Shown piece after piece: positions 1 to 9,100 of a DNA stretch of 64,000 nucleotides. Location: NCBI GenBank assembly GCA_040755995.1, contig JBFMAF010000024.1, forward strand, positions 1 through 64,000, in the 5' to 3' direction. Origin of the DNA: Acidobacteriota bacterium (GTDB taxonomy: Bacteria; Acidobacteriota; CAIWXX01). The notes under the pieces are model-generated. The model was not told the DNA's origin. It searched no databases and saw nothing but the letters and a program-made list of their open reading frames with translations. Made by a program: the position numbers and the translations under genes. Each line of letters opens with the position of its first letter. The first letter of the stretch is position 1.

Positions 1-93
1 GCGCTTCCCGCACGGGGGCCTCCCTACCATTATCGCCAGATTCCTCGACGGCTCAAACCCACCAACGCCCGAAACCTATCCGACGATAATGCT

Positions 94-276
94 TCAGATC
101 ACCGACGCAGAGCGCGGCGCCTGACACTTGCGGATAGCGGCTACGAATCGAGCGCGACGTTCGGGGTCGCGGGTTGACAAGTCGATGATGCAATCATTAT
201 CCAGGTAGACCGGACACGTTCCTCTCACGTCAACCACGCAAATGGGCCTACCGTGTTCTGAGTCGAATCGAATCAT
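94..276 (-). other. short hypothetical ORF or gene fragment (60 aa)
   Basis: ATG at 276 with GGAGG-like RBS upstream; MIRFDSEHGRPICVVDVRGTCPVYLDNDCIIDLS...; no family recognised. Confidence 0.25.
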
Positions 277-341
277 TCGTGTCCCTCCGGTAGCGATGCT
301 TGACGACCGCGAGGACCTCTGCCTAGTTGCATAGGGTAGGC

Positions 342-936
342 TAAATCGGACAAGGATGCCAGTGTAATTACCCCACACCTCCGCCAGGAAGAGGAGGTGT
401 GAGATGACGACGACGGGACGGGATTGGTCGAAGATCGGCGAGATCGTGAAGCAGATACGCAGGCAGGGCCTGAGCCTGAAGGTAGGAGCCAAGCAGGCTG
501 GCGTGAAGGTTGGGCTGCTGTACGAGCTCAATCGGCGCGAGCGCGAGGAGAAGCGGCGGGGCGCTGAAGGGAAAGGGCATCAGGAAGAGGCTACGAAGCG
601 CAGCGGTGGAGACGCAGCCGCACTGCCGAAGGAGGTTCGGGAACGGATCTGCGCGTATCGCCGGGCGCACCCGAAGCACGGCTTCAAGCGGATCGCGGAT
701 CTGCTGAAACAGAAGTACCTCGTGGTGGTGACGCGGAAGCAGATACGCAGGGTGCTGAAGGAGGCAGGGCTGCTGGAAACATGCGACAGCAGCTTCGACA
801 CGGAAGAGCGTGGCACGAAAGGAAGGCGGCGATTTGAGGCGAGCGGTCCCTGTGAGCTCTGGCAGATGGACGTGGCTTACGTGCGCTGGCGCAAGATAAA
901 TCGGACAAAACCGCCAGCTAATTCCCCCACACCTCC
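342..936 (+). repeat. imperfect ~40-bp direct repeat (342-382 and 897-936) bracketing the transposase fragment
   Basis: taaatcggacaaggatgccagtgtaattaccccacacctcc versus taaatcggacaaaaccgccagctaattcccccacacctcc. Confidence 0.8.
404..895 (+). pseudogene. truncated transposase (HTH plus start of rve/DDE core; IS481/IS3-like)
   Basis: GAGGAGG RBS; motifs 'HPKHGFKRIADLL...IRRVLKEAGL' and 'RRFEASGPCELWQMDVAYV' (first catalytic Asp); homology stops near 895 although the ORF runs on to 1021. Confidence 0.8.
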
Positions 937-962
937 AGTTGTTCTGACCTGCCAGGCTGCAG

Positions 963-1092
963 GGGGTAGACTGTCTCGGACATGGCCCTTTTCTTCATCC
1001 GCGTGCACTTGTCGCTCATAACACTCCGCCGGGGCATCCCCACTGAGTGTTGGGCACTTTCGCCCCACTTTCTGTCCGGAATAGTCTACCCC
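963..1092. mobile_element. 130-bp MITE-like element with ~20-bp terminal inverted repeats and flanking CTGCAG duplication
   Basis: left GGGGTAGACTGTCTCGGACA, right TGTCCGGAATAGTCTACCCC; CTGCAG at 957-962 and 1093-1098. Confidence 0.7.
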
Positions 1093-1140
1093 CTGCAGTT
1101 AATCAGCCGCTGTCGCTGTTCTCGATCTTGCGCCGGCTCG

Positions 1141-3012
1141 TCATCGTGATGGCGTCGAGAAGAGCTCCAGGAAGATGCCGAAGGTCAGGACGATCATCAG
1201 CAGATCCGTCTCGAACGTCTGATTGATCCGGAACCTGTCGTCGCGGTACATGGTCTTCAGGCGTTCAACAGTGTCGGGATTGAAATATCCCTGTCGTTTC
1301 ACCGTTTCTCTCGACAGCAGATCCTCGATCCAGTCGATGCGGCGGCGCAGCAGGTAGGGGCTTCCGGGTGCGACGAATCCGAACTTGCGGCGATCCGCGA
1401 TCTCCGCCGGCACGCGGCGCCTTGCCACCTCCCTGAGAATGCTCTTCTCGGCTCCATCCCGGATCAGGAAATCCGCCGGTATCGTGCGGGCAAATTCGAA
1501 GAGCCGGGGATCGAGAAACGGATAACGGGCCTCGACCGAATTCGCGTATCCGACACGGTCTCCGTGATCACCGACGAGGTGATCGGCGAGGCGAAGCTTG
1601 AAATCGAGATAGGAGCGCTTGTGCAAGGGGTGACGGCCGGCAAGCTTGGATGTGTCCACGATCCGGGACTGGGTGCAGTCGATTTCGTCGAGGCCCTCCG
1701 CGAGGTCCGGTGCGTAGAGCGCCTGCTTGACCTCTCGAAAGGCGTAGTAATCGCGCTCGTAGAAGAGGTCCGGGTCGTCCCAGAGATCCTGGCGCAACTG
1801 CCGCTCCAGGAGCGCGGCCGGCCCGTTATCCGTCCGCGGCGCGCAGCGGCGCTGCAAATCGAAACGATACCCTACGTATCCCGCGAAAAGCTCGTCAGCG
1901 CCTTCGCCCGTCAGGATGACCTTCAGCCCGTGCGACCGGACCAGCTCGGAGAGAGCCAGCGAGCACGTGTTGTACGACTCCTTGAGCGGGCACTCGTCGT
2001 GGCGGATGACGCGCTTCAGTCGCGTCTCGATGTCGGGCCAGTCGAAGTCGATCTCGTGGTGGCGCGAACCCGCCCGTTTCGCCATCAGCCGCTGGAAACG
2101 ACGCTCGTCGATCTCGCCGTCCCGAAACGCGATGGAGAAGGAGTCGCGGAGAATTCCCGGCGACGCTTCGGTGATAAGCGCGGCGATGAGTGAGGAGTCG
2201 ACACCGCCACTGAGGTAGAACCCAACCGGCACGTCCGCCTGCAGGCGCGCGCGCACTGAGTCCGACAAACAGGCATCCAAGCGCGCCCGGTACTCACCGT
2301 CAGTAACGCGCTCGGAAGGGCAGTCATCTATCGGATAGACCAGGTCCCAATACTCCCGCTTCCACAGTGAGCCGGCGTTCACCTCGATCATGTGCCCGGG
2401 CTCGAGGCTGGAAATACTCCGAAACATGGTCCGCGGGCTGATGAGCCCCGGGAAGGTCAGGATCTGATCGAGACCCAGCAAGTCAACCTCGCGCCTGACC
2501 GCGGGATGCTCGAGGATGGCCTTGATCTCGGAACCGAAGAGGAAGGTATCGCCGGCGGTTGTGTAGAAGAGCGGCGCAATGCCGAAATGGTCGCGGGCCA
2601 GGAGGAGTCTTCCGGTCCGCTGGTTGTAGAGCGCGCATGCGAACTGGCCGTTGAGATTCGCGAGGAAACCTGCTGATGGGTCCTCCTCGAAGAGGTGCAC
2701 CAGCACCTCGATATCGCACCGCGTCCGAAAGACGTGCCCGCGCGATTCGAGTCCCGCGCGCAGCTCGCGATGGTTGTAGATCTCGCCGTTGCAGACGACA
2801 ACGATCGTCCGGTCTTCGTTGAAGATCGGCTGATCCCCGGTCTCGAGGTCGATGATCGCGAGGCGGCGAAATCCGAGCCCGATGCGTCCATCGCGAAAGT
2901 AGCCCTCGCTATCCGGGCCGCGGTGGACGAGCGTCGCGGTCATGGCGCGAAGTAGATCAGGGTCGACACCGCGAGGCTCAGCGAGATTGTAGAGGCCGGC
3001 GATGCCGCACAT
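1141..3012 (-). CDS. asnB: asparagine synthase (glutamine-hydrolysing) family amidotransferase, cluster-associated
   Basis: N-terminal MCGIAG (Ntn Cys), HRGPD, RRLAIID, NGEIYN, LSGGVDSS, TGEGADELFAGY, RYPFLD. Confidence 0.93.
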   Translation of the reverse strand: MCGIAGLYNLAEPRGVDPDLLRAMTATLVHRGPDSEGYFRDGRIGLGFRRLAIIDLETGDQPIFNEDRTIVVVCNGEIYNHRELRAGLESRGHVFRTRCDIEVLVHLFEEDPSAGFLANLNGQFACALYNQRTGRLLLARDHFGIAPLFYTTAGDTFLFGSEIKAILEHPAVRREVDLLGLDQILTFPGLISPRTMFRSISSLEPGHMIEVNAGSLWKREYWDLVYPIDDCPSERVTDGEYRARLDACLSDSVRARLQADVPVGFYLSGGVDSSLIAALITEASPGILRDSFSIAFRDGEIDERRFQRLMAKRAGSRHHEIDFDWPDIETRLKRVIRHDECPLKESYNTCSLALSELVRSHGLKVILTGEGADELFAGYVGYRFDLQRRCAPRTDNGPAALLERQLRQDLWDDPDLFYERDYYAFREVKQALYAPDLAEGLDEIDCTQSRIVDTSKLAGRHPLHKRSYLDFKLRLADHLVGDHGDRVGYANSVEARYPFLDPRLFEFARTIPADFLIRDGAEKSILREVARRRVPAEIADRRKFGFVAPGSPYLLRRRIDWIEDLLSRETVKRQGYFNPDTVERLKTMYRDDRFRINQTFETDLLMIVLTFGIFLELFSTPSR

Positions 3013-3025
3013 TGATCAGTTCCTC

Positions 3026-3088
3026 TTAGAAATCATCGTCGACGTTCGCCAGGCGCTGCGAGAGTGATGTGTATACCCGGTTTCCCAC
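3026..3088 (-). other. 20-codon micro-ORF or remnant (MGNRVYTSLSQRLANVDDDF) resembling the NRPS C-terminal tail
   Basis: GTG start with GGAG 9 nt upstream; RLANVDDDF* versus RLAKVDEDW* at the end of the upstream megasynthase. Confidence 0.45.
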
Positions 3089-3121
3089 ATTCCATCACTC
3101 CACAATCCCGATTGCATGCTG

Positions 3122-6100
3122 TCACCAATCTTCGTCCACTTTCGCCAATCGCGCTCTGAAACGGGCCTCTTCGAGTTGTTCCTCGGCCGGGGCCAGACGC
3201 GCCAGGATCTCAGCCAACGGGATCTCCGGTCGCTCGGCGACCAGCGCGCAGGCCGCCCCGAAGTCGCGCCCAAAGCGATCCACGAGCTCCGATGAAAGCG
3301 CTTCGCCATTGAAGGTGAATTCGATGATGAGTGACGCCCCGGGATATGCGACAACGACCAGGTCGAAGTTCGTTCGTTCGAGCTCGTCGACGCCGTCGAT
3401 CCTGAAACCGAGATCACCGGCTTGCAGTGCGTTGATCAGGGAGGTCTCGAGGGGATAATTCTCGAAGACCACGGCGTGATCGATCAGGCGATTCAAGCGA
3501 CACGCTGCCATGATCTCCCCCAGCGGCGTCGATTGGCGCTCCTGGGCCGCGGTCAGCGCGGCGTGGGTCCTGGCCAGGAAGTCCGCAAATGAGATTTCGT
3601 CGTCGAGGACGTAGCGCATGGGTAGCGTGTTGATGAAGAGTCCCGCCATCTTGTCGACACCGGGGACCTCTGCGGGTCGGCCCGAGACGGTCATGCCGAC
3701 GACGATGTCGTCGAGGCCCGAGTGGCGGGCCAGTACCAGGGCCCAGGCGCACTGTACGAGCGAGCTCAGGGTCGCATGGCGCTCCCGGGTCGCGGCCAGC
3801 AGGCGTCGAGTGAGGTCCTGCGACAAGGTGACGCGGTGGCGAACCGAGGCACGGCCGCCGGCCTCGGAGCGGAGTGAATCCAGCGGCAGGCGCTCCGCGT
3901 CGAAACCCGCCAGGGTCTGCCGCCAGTATTCCAGATCGCCCTTGCCGTCGCGGCGCCGATACCACTCGATGAAGCGGCTCAGCGAGACGGGCGCTTCTAC
4001 GCCGAATACGCGCCTCCCGGCGAGCCGCCCGTAGCCTCCAAAGAGATCCCGCAAGACGGTCATGAAGGACCACCCGTCGAGGATGATGTGATGGAATGTG
4101 AAGACGACCGCATGGTGATCCGCGCCTCGGGAGACAATCCTCAGCCTCATCAACGGATCATGCTGCAAATCGAACCCGCGGCTCAGGTCCTCATTCCTGA
4201 CCCGATCGAGCGCACTGTCGGATGAATCTTCGAGGTGCGTCGTCGTGACAGCGGCTCGTCTCTGCCTGAGAACGACCTGAAGCGGTGAATCCGTCCCGTG
4301 AATGCTGAAGAGCGTCCGCAGGGCCTCGTGCCGATCGACGGTCTCCTGGAAAGCGCACGCCAGCGCGTCCGGGTCGAGTGGACCGGAGAGATGGAGGGTC
4401 ATCTGCTGAAGATACGCACGGTACCTTTCATCCGCCTGCGAGTGATAGAGCATCCCGGCCTGCAGAGGCATGAGAGGGTAAATCTCCTGTACGGCCTCCC
4501 CCGCGAGGCCGCACGACGCGATGAGGCGATCGTGATCATCCTGATCGGGAGCGGAAACGTGTGGCGGGTTCTGCTCGCGAAGATGCGCAGCGATCTCCCC
4601 CATCGCATCGCCGAAGCTCGATGCCAGTGATTCCACCGACGCGTGATCGAACTGCCGCGCGTTGTAGGTGATGGCCGTTTCGAGGCGGTCATTTCTGATC
4701 CAGACGTCGATCTCGAGCAGATGGTTTCGTCTCGAACGTGGATCGATAGTCCCTGGAGCCATCGCGACCACGGGCTCGAAGATCGAATCCTCGAACCTCA
4801 TGTCGATATCGCCCAAGTAATTGAAGACGATCTCCGGGTCCGCGTCGAGGAAGGCCGTATCAGGAGCTCGTGCTCGCATGAAACGCAGGATGCCGAACCC
4901 CGCGCCCTGGTTCGGCACGCGCTCCAACTGGCTCTTGATACTCCGGAGAAGGACGCGGCAATCCGGATCATCGGGCGTCTCCAGGCGGATCGGATACAGG
5001 CTGGTGAACCATCCGACGGTCCTCGTGACGTCACATCCCTCGACCAGATCCTGCCGGCCATGCCCTTCGAGCATGACGAGCACGCTTCGGAGATTCCGCC
5101 AGCGATGAAGTGCCCGGGACAACGCGGCCAGGAGCAGCTCCTGCGTGCGGGCCTGGCGACCATGGAGAAGAAGTCCGGTCTCCTCGCGCGGCATCTGCAC
5201 CTGCACGGCGCGGCAATCCCGAACCAGGTTTGTCTCAGCGTTTCTGTCGAGCGGCAGGCGGTCGCAGGGCCCCGAGAGGATCTCCTGCCACACAGGGAGC
5301 TCTTCCGATAGCTGCTCGGCGGCGGCGTAGCTCGAGAGGCGCGACGCCCATGTCGCAAAGGAGTCGGTGGGGGCGTCGAAGCGAATCTCTTCGTCCCGCA
5401 GCGCGTGCCGGCACGCGGTCTCGAGATCCTCGACCAGGATGCGCCAAGAGACACCATCCACCGCAAGATGATGGATGACGATCAGGAGCGTATCGCGCTC
5501 GGCGCCTCGCAGCAGCGCGGTGCGGATCAGCGGGCCGGTCTCGATGTTGAGACTCGCTTGAAGCTGCAAGATGATGCGGATCGCGTCGTCGCCGGCCGCG
5601 GTCCCCTTGATCGCGTGGACATGACAGCGCGCGGGCTCATCCGCCGCGCCGGGCATCGCGATCCATCCGGCGCCCTCGCGCCGGAACCGCGTTCGAAAGA
5701 TGTCATGAGCTCCAATCACGCGTCCGAGCGCGCGTTCGAGGATCGCTGCGTCGAGACGTCTGCGTCCTGTCAGGAGCACCGCCTGGTTGAAATGGTGCTC
5801 GGTCCCGACATGAGACGCGAAGAACCAGCGTTGAATCGGCGTGAGCGGCCACGCGCCGGTCGCACTGACGGACGCCGGCGCGGCCGCCGGCGCCCCAATG
5901 ACCTTCGCGAGAGTTGCCACGGTGTGACCGCCTAGCAGATCGGGCACCCGGATCGCCAGGTTCAGCCGCCGGCACCGGGCCACGGCCTGGATCGCCTTGA
6001 TCGAGTCCCCGCCCAGCTCGATGAAGTTGTCATGGCGGCTCACGCGCTCGACGCGGAGCAGTTCCTTCCAGATCCCGGCCAGGATCGTCTCTGACTCTCC

Positions 6101-9100
6101 CTGCGGCGCGTCATAGCTCCGGGCGGCAGCGGCCGAGTGTCCGGTCCGCGGATCCGGCAGGGCCTTGCGGTCGAGCTTGCCGTTCGACGTGAGTGGGAAC
6201 CGGTCCATACGGACGAGGTATGAGGGGATCATGTGCCCGGGCAGGACGCGACCGAGCTCCGAGCGCATCGCGGCGGTGTCGAGGGTGTCGGCAACGCAAT
6301 ACGCCGCCAGCACCTTCTCGGTCCCCTCGTCCACCGCCACGACCACGGCCTCGCGCACGCCGTCGATACGGTGCAGCGCCGCCTCCACTTCGCCGCACTC
6401 GATCCGGAATCCGCGGATCTTGACCTGCCGATCCGCGCGCCCTAGGTATTCGATATCGCCGCCGGGTAGGTATCGCCCCAGATCTCCTGTTTTATAGAGA
6501 CACACCCCGGAGCCACCCTGGAACGGATCAGGCACGAACCGCTCTCGAGTCAAGTCGGGCCGGCGATGGTATCCTCGCGCCAGCCCGCCGCCACTCACGT
6601 GAATCTCTCCCGTCGCGCCGATCAGCGCGGGCCGTGCCGACGCGTCGAGGATCTGTATGCCGAGGTCCGGCAGAGGAGTCCCGATGAGGCTCGCCCTGCG
6701 CTCCGCGTCCGACGCACGCACGCGGCGATGCGTGACGTGGACCGTCGTCTCGGTAATGCCGTACATGTTGACGAGTCGTGGGTTCTCGTCTCCGTAGCGG
6801 TCGAACCAAGGCTTCAGCATAGCGAACTCAAGCGCCTCCCCTCCAAATATGACGAGACGAAGCGGTTGGGGAACGATCGGCGCCTGCTCCATTTCCGCGG
6901 CGATGTATTGCCTGAATGCCGCCGGCGTCTGGTTGAGGACGGTGACGTGATCGCGCGCGACGAGCGCGCGGAACGCCTCTGGCGAACGGCTCGTACCGTA
7001 AGGCACGATGACCAGCGTTCCGCCATAAAGCAGCGCTCCCCAGATCTCCCAGACCGAGAAGTCGAAGGCGTAAGAATGGAACAGGGTCCAGACGTCATCG
7101 GCGCGAAAGCCGAAGAGCTCCTCCGTGCCCCGCATGAGGCGCACGACATTGTGATGGGTGATGAGGCATCCCTTGGGGTTCCCGGTCGTGCCGGACGTGT
7201 AGATGACATAGGCGAGATGCGACGGCAGGTTGATTTCGTCAGGGGAGGTGGCGGGGCCGCCGAACGGGGCGCGGACATCGATGACGGCCCTCATGGACGG
7301 CGTCTTGAGATCGAGGAAGCGCGGCTCAGCGATAAGTGCCTTCGCGCAGCTATCCTCGAGTATAAACTCGATCCGCGCGCGCGGACTCTCCGGGTCGATC
7401 GGGACGTAGGCCGCTCCGGCCTTCAGGACGGCCAGAATCGCGACGACCAGGAGTTCAGAGCGATCCAGCAACAGCGCAACCATTTCGTCGGGCTGGATAT
7501 CGCAGCGAGTCCTGAGCGCATGGGCCATTCGGTTGGCGCATTCATCGACCTCCCGGTAGCTCCACCTCTCGTCACCGCAAACGATCGCGGTCGCGTCAGG
7601 CGTCAGCGCGGCCTGCTTAGCGAAGAGAGCGTGGATCGTTGCCTCCGCCGGAATCGAACGGGAGGGGAGACGGAGCCCCTCCCAAGCCTTCCTCTCATCC
7701 TCGGAGCGTGCCTCGATACGCCCGACGGTTTCCTCCGGATTTCCGACGAAGCCTGCGAGGATCGTCTCCAGGGATCCGCTCCACCGCGCTATCGTCTCTT
7801 CACGGAACAGATCCGTCGCGAAACTGAAGTCGCAGAGGAGCTCGTCCGGGTGTTCCAGGACCTGGAGCACCAGATCGCAGATCGCAGCACGGTGATGTAC
7901 CTTCCGGTATGTGAAGTCGAGCCCGGCCGCGCGGAAGGCGGTGGCAGTGGCCACGTCCAGCTCAATCATAGTGTCGAACATCATGTTGCGGCCGGGCTGC
8001 GTCGGCGGCGCGAGCTTCTCGACAAGCGAGCTGAACGGGTAATCCTGGTTATCGTACAGTTCCAGGCAGGTCCTCTTCACCTCGCCGACAAACTTCCTCA
8101 CGCTCAGCCCTCCATTGACCTTCTGCCGCGCCACCAGAGAATTGACAAACATGCCGACAGCATGCCGCGTTTCCTTCAGGTTTCGGCCACCCACCGGTAT
8201 TCCCACAAGCACCTCCTCCTGCCCCGTGAGGCGATGGAGAAGGACCGAGTAGGCTGCGAGAAGAACCATGAAGAGCGTCGTTTCGGTTTCACGCGCGAGT
8301 TCCCTCAGGCCGGCCGTCAATTCCGGGGCGACGCGGCGGAAAACGTGGCCGCCGCCGTGCGTCGGGCGGGCCGGACGCGCCTGGTCGAGAGGAAGTTCCA
8401 GAACTGGAAGATCTCCGGAGAGCTGTTTCAGCCAGTAGTCCTGCTGACGCTCCATCCGTTCGCTACGCCCGTGAGCATCAAGCGCCCGCATGCTGTCGCG
8501 ATACTGGATGGCGACCGGCGGAAGCAACCGGCCCTCATAAAGCGCCATCATTTCCTCCATGAGTACGATGAACGATGTGAAGTCCATGATGATATGGTGG
8601 CTGTCGAGAAGCAGGAGGTGACGTTCCGGGCCGGTCTTGAAGAGGATCGCGCGAAAGAGCGGGGGGCGAGCCAGGTCGAACGGCCGGATCGCAGCCGCAA
8701 GCGCTTCATCGATCCTCGCCTCCTCCGCTTCGCGTCTCTCGATCGAGAAAGCCGGCGCGGGCTCGATCACCTGGACGAGATCCTCATCCTGGATGCGGAA
8801 CCCCGTACGCAGGCTCTCGTGCCGCGCCACAACCTCGCCCAAATAGCGCTCCACCAGGTCCGCATCAAGAGGTCCGTCGATCCAGAACGACTCGGGAAGA
8901 TGATACGCCATCTCGCCGCCGTCCTGCTGGGCAATGGCATACAGTCGACGCTGCACCGAAGTGACGGGCACGACGATCGGCTCCGCGGCGAGGGCCGCGC
9001 CCGATTTCGTACGGGCCCGCGCAGCGCTCAGGATCTCGACCTGCCGGCGGATCAACTGCCGCATCGCCTTCGCGCTCCGGTCGGAGACCTGTTTCAGAGA

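Noticed and set aside
333..1098. CRISPR array
   Set aside because: Only 2-4 imperfect, irregularly spaced and partly inverted copies; no cas genes
1141..3012. Lasso peptide cyclase
   Set aside because: Full glutaminase domain with N-terminal Cys is present; no B1/B2 proteins or lasso-like precursor nearby
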